Of a stretch of DNA of 64,000 nt, positions 27,666 to 40,369 are shown one piece after another; positions within the stretch are counted from its first letter, which is position 1, and the number at the start of each line of letters is the position of its first letter. The notes under the pieces were generated by a model. It had not been told where the DNA came from. It made no database searches and saw only the letters and a list, made by a program, of their open reading frames with translations. Source of the DNA: Octopus vulgaris (Eukaryota); contig OX597815.1 of NCBI GenBank assembly GCA_951406725.2, positions 157,976,001 through 158,040,000 of the forward strand, in the 5' to 3' direction. A program made the translations under genes and the position numbers.

Positions 27666-27759
27666 GTTATTCAGAAACCATGAAAAAAATTACTGTGTTT
27701 CGTCTATTTATTTACTTTGCTTAAATTAAATACGAACTTTCAACAGATAAAGAAGGGAA

Positions 27760-27985
27760 GAGAGCAGTGAATGGGAGAACCAGTAGAGTGCCGGACAAGA
27801 TGCCTTGCGGTATTTGTTACAGCCCTTTACGTTCTGGGTTTGAATCCTGCTGAGTTCAACTTTGTCTTTCATCCCTCCGGGATAGGTAAGGTGCCAGTCA
27901 AGAACTGGGGTAGATTTGATCGACTAATACCCTCTACTATCTCCCAAATTGTTGACCTTGTATCTACATCAGAAACAATTATTTT
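27760..27985 (+). mobile_element. diverged family A SINE
   Basis: ctttacgttctgggtttgaatcctgctgagttcaactttgtctttcatcc. Confidence 0.65.
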
Positions 27986-28274
27986 AAACAGGTCCGTTAT
28001 GTCCTAAATTGAAATCCTCATCGGGGTCGTCTTTACCTTTTGTTCTTCCTGGGCCGATAAAACAAATATCAGTCAAGGTCTTGGAGTGATTTAATCAAGG
28101 TAAGGCCTTGAAGTGGCAGAAACAGTGGCATGTGGGATTATATACACCTTGGTTAATTCAGTCGCCTCTGTCCTTTCTCTACAAACGTGTGGCCCTCATT
28201 TGTTATTTTTAAGGGTTAAACAGAAGTGGAGAGACAACTCCAATTACATTTTACAGGGCCTCTAGATTGATGTG

Positions 28275-28585
28275 AAGGCGCGTGGCTCAGTGGTTAGAGC
28301 GTCGAGCTTACGATCGTGAGGTTGTGTGCTCGAATCCCGGACCGGGCTGCGTGTTGTGTTCTTGAGCAAGACACTTTATTTCACGTTGCTCCAGTTCACT
28401 CAGCTGTAAAAATGAGTTGCGACGTCACAGGTGCCAAGCTGTATCGGCCCTTGCCTTTCCCTTGGACAACATTGGTGACGTGGAGAAGGGAGGCCGGTAT
28501 GCATGGGCGACTGCTTGTCTTCCATGAAACAACCTTGCCCAGACTTGTGCCTCAGAGAGTAACTCTCTAGGTGCAAACCCATGGG
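28275..28585 (+). mobile_element. tRNA-derived SINE with CORE-like domain (family C)
   Basis: A box TGGCTCAGTGG, B-box-like GCTCGAATCC, then gtgttcttgagcaagacactt...ctcagctgtaaaaatg. Confidence 0.85.
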
Positions 28586-29740
28586 GTCACTATGTACTAC
28601 TAGATTAATGAGAGAGGGGAAGGCAGTTCAGGAATCTTGTTGAAATGCTAATCATTAACAGTTAATTTCAAGATGTATTCAAAACTCAATAAAATCTAAT
28701 TTGATCCAACAAAATACTTAATTTGATTTCTGAACCTGGTCCAGCGATGCTAGATTCTTAATATTTGACGGTCATTTAGCAATAATAATTTTAGTTGTCA
28801 CGTTAGAACCCAACAACTGATGAAACTTCTTTAGGGTTCATCTGCCTGCTGGAAATGATGGCCAAGTCTCTCGTATCACATCCTACTGTCTTCGGGATAA
28901 AAAAAAGGGGGAGATACATTGGTTTGTGCAGTGTTGTCATTTGAATCGCACCATATAACTGGCGTTTATCTTATCAACACTGGAGGGGGTGATGGGAGAG
29001 GTTGGTTCTAGTGAGATTCAAACATAAAATATAATAATATATAAGTACAGTCTTCTAATAATTAAAGCGTAGTCTGGGATGCGTCAGAATAAAAGAAGGG
29101 TGATCAGAATCGAACTGTGGTCTGAGCAACAACAAAAAACGAACAAAACAACAAGCATTATTGTTCAATGTAATTTTGTCGTATGACATCAGATAAGCCA
29201 TGTTTGAGAAAGTCTTCCTGATATGACCATTCCATCTGTTTAGAAGAGTCTAGCTCTCTATTATCCAGTGTTTTATTACTTTGTTTAAGATGGTAGGGTT
29301 TGAGTTGATTGAGATTTAGTTGCTATTTCTAACTTCTCGCGTGACCATGACCACACAAATTTCTCCCTCGCTCTATTAGTCGCATATTCTGACTGATTGA
29401 CAGACAGACTGATAGATAATTAATGTAAATTATCTTAGTAAAGCATAGACAGTTCATAATCACATTTCTTCCTATAAATATGAACGCTTGTAGGTGTGGT
29501 GCATATGAGGCAGGATGTTTGTCTCTATGTGTTTCTTTACAGGAAATCACCCGAAGCAATATCTGTAGGCCACTTCTAGATAAACAATAAAGGGGGGGGG
29601 GGAGAATGGTGTTAATGTCACAAAAACTTTATACATATAAATTTAATTTAGCAGATAAAAGACGGTGATAAAATAATTGCTAAATGATTTAAATGGTATG
29701 CAATGAGATGGTAATAAAAAAAAAGCTAATAAAAGAATAA

Positions 29741-30155
29741 CAGGCGCAGGAGTGGCTGTGTGGTAGGTAGCTTGTTTACCAACCACATTGTTCCGGGTTC
29801 AGTCCCATTGCGTGGCACCTTGGGCAAGTGTCTTCTACCATAGCCTCGGGCCTACCAAAGCCCTGTGAGTGGATTTGGTAGACGGAAACTGAAAGAAGCC
29901 TATCGTATATATGTGTATATATATATGCGTGTGTGTGTTTGTGTGTCTGTTTGTCCCCCTTGTATTGCTTGACAACCGATGCTGGTGTGTTTATGTCCCC
30001 GTTACTTAGCGGTTCGGCAAAAGAGACCGATAGAATAAGTACTGGGCTTACAAAAGAATAAGTCCCGGGATCGAGTTGCTTGATTAAAGGCGGTGCTCCA
30101 GCATGGCCGCAGTCAAAATGACTGAAACAAGTAAAAGAGTAAAAGAGAGTAAAGA
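29741..30155 (+). mobile_element. full-length family B SINE
   Basis: ggcgcaggagtggctgtgtgg...gggttcagtccc...gtaaaagagtaaaagag. Confidence 0.9.
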
Positions 30156-31107
30156 GTGACAATAAAATAAGGTAAGTGAAATTACAATAAAGGAGCTGAT
30201 AAAAGGAAATAAAATGAGACGGTGACAAAAGAAGAGATGAAAATATTGAAATGAAGGAAGCCTCCAAAATTTGTCACCCTGTTTTAAAACTGTGAAGGTG
30301 ATATTCTACCCGAAAACAATGAAGAGAGGGTTTACTCTATAATCCCATTGTTCTGAAGAACGTGGTTTGTGCATGGAGCTTGCAGCAATTTCGTGTATGT
30401 ATGAGTGGCAGTGTGTTCGTGTGTATATATGAGTGATACGTATGTATGAGTGATATATACTGTGCATGCCACTTGTGGTTATCATTGCTATCTTTATTTC
30501 ATATTTGACGTATAGTTGCTTTCCGTCCCTTCTTCTGTATGGCTGCAATAAGTTGTAGTACACCTGAGCACTGAATATAAAATCACTGATTAGCGAATTC
30601 GTTTTACATGATTTCGGTTTGTACGTAGTCTCGTGGACAATCTATAGTGCAGACCAAGGGACAACTGCACGCACACATGCACGCACACACACGCACGCAC
30701 ACACACTTTTATTACATTTCTGAAGTTTAGAAATTTATAACTCAAGGGAGATAATTCAATACAGTTATTTCCCTTGCATTAAAACTTTCCGCTTCAGTCC
30801 TGCAAATCCAGTGATTCTTAAGATTATATAAACAGGACTTGATTTTGAAGTATTTTGTGTGCTATTCAACCGATTCTGTGAAGCTCAATAATAACGACAA
30901 TTATTTGTAACTTAGACAAATGAGCGGAGAGGGGAATATATTCAACTATCCGGAACTCAATACCTATTTAGAAGAATGAATAGCAGTAAATGACGGTAGG
31001 ATTCGAGCTTAAAACGAATGCAACAAGAATATCCACAGACTGACAATATATCGCCCTCAGTGCATTTGTAAATTATCATTTCTATCAGCAATCGTATTAG
31101 TATTGCT

Positions 31108-31310
31108 TTCAAACTTTGGCACAAGGCCTGCAAGTTCGGAGTAAGTCGATTACATCGATCTCAGTACACAACTTGTACTTATTTTATCGACCCCGAAAGG
31201 ATAATGGGAAAGTTGGCCTCGGCGAAATTTGAATTTCAGAACGTAAAGACGGACTAAAGGACGCTAAGCATTTTATCCGACGTGATAACGATTCTGCCAG
31301 CTTGCCGCCC
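31108..31310 (-). mobile_element. family A SINE
   Basis: Similar to 7998-8216. Confidence 0.85.
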
Positions 31311-31554
31311 AAGTCCGTATTAATATTGGCAGTACATATAGTACAAAATAAAAGCATAGCTGCAACTTGCAAGTTTGATAGTTCGTACTTTTTGGTTATC
31401 TCACTCACATTAAAAAATTGCCACTAAAAAATTGAGTTTATGTGGCGACAAGGGATTGGATTAAAAGAGTTAGATCCTTTTGATTCAATATTTCAACACG
31501 TTGTTGACGTTTGGCCTCCTCAATAGGCATGGTACGATTTGTTATAAAAATGTT

Positions 31555-31616
31555 CGCAGTGGAAGCGTGCTGGGCCCATAACCCAGAGGTCCGTAGATCG
31601 GAACTACGCTCTGCTA
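31555..31616 (+). pseudogene. 5'-truncated initiator tRNA-Met (CAT) pseudogene
   Basis: CGCAGTGGAAGCGTGCTGGGCCCATAACCCAGAGGTCCGTAGATCGGAACTACGCTCTGCTA matches metazoan tRNA-iMet (GGG/CCC anticodon stem, CAT at 31577-31579). The first ~10 nt (5' acceptor strand) are missing and the T loop has GATCGGAAC instead of GATCGAAAC. Confidence 0.88.
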
Positions 31617-31699
31617 AGCGATGTTATATATGTTTAGTTGCTGTCAAGATTGGAAAGAAAAATACCTATTCCAGCTTGCTGCTCGGAGAGAATGGCCTC

Positions 31700-33010
31700 C
31701 GAGTGACAAGGTTGAAACTGACGACCCAAGGTACAAATCAATGGAATCAGGGATGCCTGGATGTATCAGCAAAATTTTCAAGAATACAGAAGCTGAAAAA
31801 GGAAAATGCAAATATATACACCAAAATTATAGGCGAGCTTCCCCACACTCATATAACAACATCAACAGTGAAGCCAAAAAATTAGCTAACGAATTAGAGA
31901 TAGCGGACAAGGTATAGATTCTCACTAAAAGAAACACCTTCATTACCATAAAATATCATGAACCGAACTTTGCCTCAAACCCTAAATGCCACCTGATCGA
32001 TCCAGCCAAATTGGAGAACGGTCTGGCAAGCAAGCACATTTTGAGAGATATGTAGTGGATCTTGCAAGCATAAAGTGGATTTGATCCATAGCCAAATTTA
32101 AATACTTCAACAGAACTTTTCCCACGGTGGAACAATGATTTTTTCTGTGACAGCAGTTTTACATTTTCCAGATGCCTTTAGCTAAGCCAAAATAATGTCT
32201 TTACTACTTGATCCTTTCTAACCTCTTCTACTTCACCAAAAACCAGAATAGAGATAACAAGATCACCAACTAAATTTATTGTTCTCAATGATATGTCTAT
32301 CCTTCTGAATAGTTATAAAAGCAAAAACACCCCAAGCAAAAATCAGTCGGTGACGACTCAACCAGGTAGTCACTTCGGTGACAACGAAGTCTAGCTGACC
32401 AGCTAGAACCTTGGTCAGAGGGAAAAATGAAGTTTACTGTCAGCAACTGTGAGACAACGTCCCACACCCTACAACTCTCACTAGCTCTAATTCTGTTCTC
32501 TTACATCATTCTGTCTGTCTGTCTCTCTCTCTCTGTAATCACTACTAAACAATGAAGAGGACACAAACACAAAATTTACTTCGCATGCTTTTGGATGTAT
32601 CATAACCTGCTCGTCGAGGCAATGTATTGTAACGTAATGGTAAATAAATATTTCCTTAAAACTTCATGCATTGTTCATCTTTCACATCCTACAGTTTGCA
32701 ATTATAACAGCAAATTTTTATCGTTACAGATATCAATAACGACATAAGGAGGGCCACCATCTTTTCCCTGTGGTGCAACACCAACAAAGTGACCGCATCG
32801 TTTAACACCAACAAGGGAAGAGGCAGCAAAGCAAGATTTACCTAGTTTGATATAGTCGACTTTTACCCATCTATATCAAAAGGATTATTGGCCAAGGCAC
32901 TTTCTGTCACTAGGAGCTTCACTAACATTAGCGACAGAGATATAGAAGTCATTATGCATGCCAGAAAGACAGTGCTGTTCAACAAAAGTTCGGCATGGGT
33001 CAAGCAATCC
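31700..33010 (+). mobile_element. Penelope-like element RT fragment split by a solo LTR
   Basis: TFITIKYHEPNFASNPKCHLIDPAK...SKHILR|DINNDIRR; DIVDFYPSISKGLLAKAL...IMHARKTVLFNKSSAWVK. Confidence 0.85.
32051..32728 (+). mobile_element. solo LTR (678 bp) with 4-bp TSD
   Basis: GATA|TGTAGTG...CGTTACA|GATA. Removing it restores the Penelope reading frame (ILRDINND). Internal TATAAAA and AATAAA are present. Confidence 0.88.
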
Positions 33011-33049
33011 AACCTCCTGGGCTCCTCATACGACATATAGACATACGCA

Positions 33050-33118
33050 TACATCTGTGTGTGTGTATGTATAGATAGCTAGACAGACAGATAAATGTAT
33101 ATATAAGTGTACACACAT

Positions 33119-33149
<31 letters not shown>

Positions 33150-33450
33150 CATACAAACACACATACGCATGCACACAAACACGCGCGCACACGCACACAC
33201 ACACACACAAACACACATGCACCCATATATACACACACACATCCACACATGCATACACACACTTATATACATACACACAAACATACTCATGTACCTACAT
33301 ACGTGCATATGTACACGCACACACATGCACACCCACACATACACATATTCACACACATTCACACATGCATAGATGCACATACATATACACACATACACAC
33401 ACAGATAAACACATGCATACATACACACACACTCACAAACACACACACAC
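33050..33450. repeat. degenerate (CA)/(TA) microsatellite
   Basis: Directly visible. Confidence 0.9.
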
Positions 33451-33996
33451 ATTAATAAAATTGAATGGTAAGACTGACGTTTTAGTCTATCAGTACATGT
33501 CTGTCTGCTATAGCTACTACACCCACCTCCTCCCTCAACTAGCTCTACAAAGATTTTACTTGATGAAATGAGGGTGCAAAGAGTGTTAGTATGAGGGAAA
33601 TATTAATTATTTTATTAGTTATACAAGGCCTAACACAGAGGGGACAGTTCATGGCGGAGACAGAAAAAAGACGGATGGAAGGGATGAATTTGATAAAATG
33701 ATAAATGAAATGAAGCCGTTCGGCCCCACCTCCGAGTGACTTCATTGAACTTGTTAATACAATCTTTTGACCGACAGATTTAAAAAATAATTTTTTGCAA
33801 CTAAACACTTTCATACTTCGGACACTGGTAGAATGTGTCATATAAAACATCTTTTACTCTTAGCATTTTTGAGAAAAACTTATACTTACGAGGTAATTTC
33901 ACGTCAAAGTAGTCCTATTTCAGTAATTTCAACCAATCAATGACGTGTATTCAGCTGAATAAAATTACTGCTTGTTGTTTGTCAACAACAACTATC

Positions 33997-34208
33997 GGCG
34001 GTGTATTTTTCGTTTGTCAGTGTTATTTATGACATCGTTCGTGCGTTTGTACTGGTTTTAGCTTTAAGGTTTTAGGGTTTCGGTTAGGGTTTTAGGATTA
34101 GGGTTAGGGCTTTAGGGTTAGGGTTAGGGTTTTAGGGTTAGGGTTAGGGTTAAGGTTTTAGGGTTAGGGTTATCATAAATAACAGTGACAAACGAAATAT
34201 ACACCGCC
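33997..34208. repeat. interstitial telomeric (TTAGGG)n tract inside 36-bp inverted repeats
   Basis: TTAGGG and variants at about 34065-34172; arms 33997-34032 and 34173-34208 are near-perfect reverse complements. Confidence 0.85.
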
Positions 34209-34909
34209 ACCTGTAATTCACAAGGGCAAGCTTTGCATATGTATAAAACGCAGTGTTCTGTCAGTGGTGAAAGAAAGTTAAAACAATAAACAGAGTGGGT
34301 GTGTGTGACTGTCAGAGACACTAAATGCAGGCGAATATTAGTGACGGGTTTTGCTTAGAAATCGTTGTGCAAATTTTTATCGTAAATCATGTTTACTTCA
34401 ACAATTACACTCACATACACACATATAGTTAAACATATATTACAGTCTTTTGTTTTTAAAATACTGCTCTACTAGCATTTGTAAATACACCCCCCCCCCC
34501 CCCGCATGCATGCACACATACATACATACATACATACATAAATACATACATACATAAATACATACATACATACACGTACCAAAGTATGTTGTAATACGAA
34601 GCGAAATTAAAAAACAGGAGTCAGGGTGGAGTGGCAATGTAGATCTAAGATTTCATATTCCAGATCCTTTTGTTATTTACAAACTCGGTGTTTCACACAC
34701 TAAATGTATATATAAGACAATTTGATATAGTTATATGTATTATTTGTCGCCCACCAGATGCTCAAAATCATACGGGCTTATTCGAAGACTGTCTTGTATG
34801 AATAGGAGTCTTAACCAAACTAGAACAATACATCAGTGTACTTCTAATGGGAGATTTCAATCTGCCCAACGTAGGGTGGCCTGAAAGTCTTTTTTTTTTT
34901 TTTTCCTCA

Positions 34910-35320
34910 GGAATGACATAAATGTGAACAAAGTCAGATGAAACTGTTGCTCAACCTCACCAACAAGTTATATATGGAGCAAGTAATACTCCAACCAACC
35001 GATTAACCAACCAGCCAGCCAGCCAGGACAAACAATATTCTTGATCTCTGCTTCACAAACAATATGGATCTCATTCGTATGTGAAAGTGAGACCGACACT
35101 AGTCTCGGATCACAATATAAATGAGCTGACCATGTATGGACCAAAAGAACCCGCAAACATACAGACTATTTGAAGCAGCCAGAATCTATCCAATCTGAAT
35201 TTCCATAAAGCAGATTGGAAATCAATTGAGGAGATCATCGAACAGGATTGGCCCAATATCTCTCTACACATGACACTGACATAAAATTCAAAAAATCCAT
35301 ATCCGTAATGCAAGCCATGT
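34910..35320 (+). mobile_element. LINE APE-endonuclease fragment
   Basis: NILDLCFTNNMDL...TSLGSQ (SDH region shifted)...LNFHKADW. Confidence 0.65.
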
Positions 35321-35544
35321 GATAAAAAGAGTTTTCAGTATACTCTGTCGTCCATATCCTTTGTTTCTACTATGAGTCTACCTCATGGCAGGAAACACAG
35401 ATGAGGGCAGCAGAGCCAAACTCCCTCATTTACCAAATGTCACATATCAAAGGAGGTTTCAAATAATGGTGTGACACAGCCAACAGTGATTCCCCAGTAT
35501 GACTGCAGCTTTAAAGCTGAAACAAGTCAAAGAGTTTTATATAT

Positions 35545-35978
35545 ACTCTTTACTCTTTTAGTTGTTTCAGTCATTTGATTGCAGCCATGCTGGAGCACTG
35601 CCTTTAGTTGAGTAAATCGACCCCAGGACTTATTCTTTGTAAGCCTAGTACTTATTCTATTGGTGTCTTTTGCTGAACCGCTAAGTTACAGCAATGTAAA
35701 CACACCAGCATCGGTTGTCAAGCGATGTTGGGGGACAAACACAGACACACACACACATATACATATATATGACGGGCTTCTTTCAGTTTCCGTCTACCAA
35801 ATCCACTCATATATATATGTTTGTTTGTATGTATGTATGTATGTATGTATGTGACTGTGTGGTAAGTAGCTTGCTTACTGACCACATGGTTCTGGGTTCA
35901 GTCCCACTGCGTGGCACTTTGGCCAACTGTCTTCTACTATAGCCTTGGGACGACCAAAGCCTTGTGAGTGGATTTGGT
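35545..35978. mobile_element. two family B SINE fragments in opposite orientation
   Basis: - strand 3' part at 35545-35808 and + strand head at 35853-35978. Confidence 0.8.
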
Positions 35979-36544
35979 ATATATATATACACGCACACAT
36001 ATGATAATTGGGTCTGTAGACCTACGAGGCCTTAAGGTGACACTGGTTCCAAGATAAATAGACTTGTTCAATGTAAATAGAATATTATCTTGCATATAGA
36101 TGCTTAGAAAGGCATGTGTATTCTGGAGTAAAGTAATAGTTTTTACTTAAGTGTGTGCATACATTAAACACTGGGTGGAAAAAAGAAAACAAATTTCTTG
36201 ATTTGTGAAGATCGTTCTTCGACTTGAATTGCAACATCAACATAATGAAATTTCTTGAAGATTATTCCCAAGGATCTTCTCTTGAGCTTGAGTAATCAGC
36301 AATTCCTGCAAGTACAAAGAGCAGTATGCCTGCTAAATCATAGAAGCTACAACACCAGAAAATGTAAGAGACCATCTCTTACTTATTCCAGTGATTAGAC
36401 TGTGGTCATGCTTGGGGCACTGCCTTGAGGAATTTTAGCCAAACGAATTGATCCCAGTAATTATTCTTGGTACTTATTCTTTCAGTCTCTTTTGTTGAAC
36501 CACTAAGTTATGGTGACATAAACAAATCAAAACTGGTTGTCAAG

Positions 36545-39500
36545 CTAAAAATAGCTAAGGGCACAATTAGTCACATATTGGACCTAGGAATAATTTAATC
36601 TTCCTGTAGTAATTGGTCTTTTCCACTTCACATGGCTCCTAAAAAGTCTGAGGGAGATTGGCATCCTTCTGGGGATTACAATGCTTTATTTGCTCCAGAT
36701 AGGTACCCAGTTCCATGTAATCATGACTTCTCAGCTTCTTTAGATCGTTGTAGTGTTTTTTCAAAAATTGATTTGGTGTGCACCTATAATTAGATTCCTA
36801 TAGAACCTACTGATGTTCCTAAAACAGCCACATCCACTCCTCTTGGACTTATTGAATTTCTTAAAATACCTTTTGCTTTTTGGAATGCAGCTAATACATT
36901 CCAGAGATTTATCGATGAAGTCATTCATGATTTAGACTTTATTTTGGCCTATATCAATGACTTGATGATTGCTAGTCCTATGGAAGAGCAGCATGAACAG
37001 CACTTAGAAAAACTTTTTACTAAATTGTCACAGTTTAGTGTTGTAACTAACCCCAGTAAATGTCTTTATGGTGTTTCTTCTATTATATTTTTAGAACATA
37101 CTGATAAAAATGGAATTTGTCTGTTAAAAGAAAAAGTTGATGCCATTACAAATATCCCTATTCCTGTATCGCTAAGGAAGTTGTGAGAATTTCTCAGTCT
37201 CATTAACTTCTATAGGAGATTTATTCTGTACTGTACCATATTTCCAATATCAGAGTTGTTAATTAATTATAAAAAAATTTTTTTAAACCCAAAACTATTT
37301 ATCTAAATGTGGCAGAATTTCAGTTTTTTAATGATATCAAAGAAAAATTAAAGTTACACTATTAGCCCATCCAGTACCAGATGCTCCTCTATCATTGACA
37401 GTAGATGCATCTGATGTTGGAATCAGTGGGATACAGCAACAATTTGTCCAAGATACTTGGCAACTCATTTCCTTTTTTCCCAAGCATTTCAAACAAGGAG
37501 AAAAGATATACAACACTTTTGGAAGAGAAGTATTGGCTACTTATTTATCTATGAAGCGTATTCACCATTTCTTAGAAGGATGAAATTTTACCTTATATGC
37601 TAATCACAAGCCGTTGACATAAGCATGGCAATCAAAGGCTGATAAATGCTCTCCTAGAGACATCAGACACCTTGATTACATTTTGCAGTTTACAGTGGAT
37701 ATTCATTATATCAAGGGTGTTGATAATTCTGCAGCAGGCACCTTATCCTGTGTCTATGTCAACACTTTGCATTCCACTGATTCTATTGGCTTGGAAAAGA
37801 TTGCTATTGATCAAAAGAACAATGAAGTGTTATTACAATTCTGGACATCAGAGTCATCTTTTCTGGACTTATCTTTTGACTTGTATAGATTGTTTATCCA
37901 GATGGCATGAAGTCATACTGATAAAGGACATTATATCTCTTATAAATGCAAAATCTCTAGTGGCCAAATAAATTTCATGTTTTAGAACACCTTTGACAAT
38001 AATGACCAACAAGGGTCATCAGTTTTAATCTGGTCTTTTTGCCAACCTATATAACCTGCTAGGTACATGTTGGTCACTAATTTTAAAGTATGAAAGTGTT
38101 CATGACAAAGTCCATTAAATGCACTTTTGAGAAGCATGTGTTATGAATGTCAGAAGGCAGTTTTTAAACAAAAGCATTGTAACTTTATTAAAATAGGAAT
38201 GAGTGCTGACAAGTAGTAAAAGTGTATAAGCCTGTATGTGTATGTGAGTCAGGTAAAGTATTATAACTTACTCTTTTGCGTAAAAGGATTCAGTTCATTA
38301 TGAGGCAGAGTTGTGGCTGATGTCATCCAGACTTTTGAGAAGTGAAATTAGCATAATTGAACCAGGCTGTTCAGGAGGTGACGAGTGGAGAGCCAATATA
38401 ACTCCAAATGAGTTGCATGAAGCTGATGGTGAAAATCTAGAAACTGTTTCATATTAAAAGAAGAACTGTTCCATCTGTGCTGTCTTTTTGCCAACTGGTT
38501 AAAAACCGTGCTTCTCTGCTTGGGCAGAGATCTGTCCAAGGAGAGATCTGCCTTTGGTATTCCTATACATCCAGCTGTGATTGGCTGAAGCATGCCATGC
38601 CGGGGCAACACAACATAGCTTTCCTGACTCACTACACATACTACAGCTTACTACCTCTTGTCTAACAGAATGATAAAACATTTTCATCAATAGCTTAAAG
38701 CAGCTTTATGAGCACATTCTGATTCAGATAGGTGGTTAGAAGCCCTGTTGATTGTGTTAGTAGTTTTACATATCACTGTTAAGGAAGACCTAGGTTACTC
38801 TCTAGCAGAAGTACTGTATGGTTTGGCACTTACACTGACTTGCCAAATAATATTGGCTACAGTTACTCATTTATATTCATCAGCTGTAAAAATACATGGC
38901 AGAATTACGTCTGAGACTGCAAGTCAATTAAAGCTTTTGTTCCACTTGGTATCAAGACTTGGGTTCATGTATTTGTATGCAATAATACATTTAAACATCC
39001 CTTGCAGACAGTTTATTCCAGCCCTTAACATGTGTTAAAAGCTAAATGAAAGTATATGGTATTGGACATTCAGGGAAGACAAGAGACATGTCAGTATTGA
39101 TCAACTTATGCAGGCTTTCATTGAGTTGACTCCCCTATCACAACACTCCTCTTTGTCTTCTTATTTCTTTACTGCCCACAAGGGGCTACACAGAGGGGAC
39201 AAACAAGGACAGACAAACGGATTAAGTCAATTATATCGACCCCAGTGTGTAACTGGTACTTATTTAATCGATCCCGAAAGGATGAAAGGCAAAGTTGACC
39301 TCGACAGAATTTGAACTCAAAATGTAGTGGCAGACGAAATACTGCTAAGCATTTCACCCACCGTGCTAACGTTTCTGCCAGCTCTTTGTCTTTTGCCACA
39401 CCCAAACAATCAACACATACACAAAACACATTATTTGACAATAGTGCATTGCATACTGACAGAGTAACCGAGAGTGGAAGAAGAGTACATTGGCCAGCTA

Positions 39501-40031
39501 GATACACTCATATGTATTTTTATTAACACAAAAGTATACACACACACACACACGCAAAAAAAATGTTTCCTTTTTATAACTCCCAGATAAAAAGAAAAAG
39601 AACTGCAGAACTTTGTATTTTCTATGAACTTTTCATTGTTGCAAGGATATTTTTTCAACAATTTCAGTATTCAGTGCTTATTCTTTTCTTTTTCTTTTTG
39701 TACTTGTGTTGATCTTTCCCTTTTTATGTAAATTCTCTTTACTGTTTTTGCTCTTATATTTCATGGAAAGAACAGGGTGGGGGCTACTTGTAGTGGGGAT
39801 TCAAAACTGAACCACTAAGTAGCTGGTCAGACATCATGCTCAAACCACAGTAGTTTCATGCAATTGGTTTACCAAATCATCTAGAATCTTCTTGTGCCCT
39901 ATAAAAAGGTGGCTTTTGGTGGCAATTGCAGAATGTTGAGGCAGCCGCACATTGTGCCTCCATCTTTGTCACATCCAGCTCATTAGGACAAATGGACAAT
40001 GGTGGACAGGAATTTTTGTCACCATACTACA
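36545..40031 (+). mobile_element. degraded Gypsy LTR retrotransposon (RT-RNaseH-integrase and probable 3' LTR)
   Basis: WSFPLHMAPKK, DRYPVP, FSKIDL, NAANTFQRFIDEV, AYINDL; RNaseH TVDASD, YNTFGREVLA; integrase HTTAY and C-terminal ESGRRVHWPARY. A purine-rich tract precedes TGTAGT...ACTACA (39789-40031). Interrupted by an insert at about 38068-38630 and a SINE at 39160-39385. Confidence 0.9.
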
Positions 40032-40369
40032 ATTATTTTTCAATTGTAAGGGCTAGGGTTCGGGTTTACTAACTGATTATTATAATAAGCTTGTCCTAAA
40101 CCCCAAGTAGTATGTCTCTCCCAGTATGTAATTATTACTGGTAGTATTTGTAAAAGAGTGACACAGTTAAAACTCCATGTGCAATAATAAAATCTTAATT
40201 GTTTTTTGGGTGTAGTTAGTTATTTCCTCATGCAGCTCAAGAAATACATTTTCATTCAGCAATTCAACCAGTCATCACCTCAGATCAGCCAGCAACAACA
40301 CATGGCAAGGCAATTAACATTACCTTAGTCAAGTGAAATTTTAAAATTTTGATTTCATTTTTAGAATTA

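Noticed and set aside
28275-28350. tRNA genes at SINE heads (also 29741 and 53395)
   Set aside because: No complete cloverleaf, and each is followed by SINE body sequence.
31545-31616. Functional initiator tRNA gene
   Set aside because: The 5' acceptor strand cannot pair with CTCTGCT and the A box is truncated; called a pseudogene.
34065-34172. True telomere or chromosome-fusion site
   Set aside because: Short, degenerate, single orientation, and enclosed by element-like inverted repeats.
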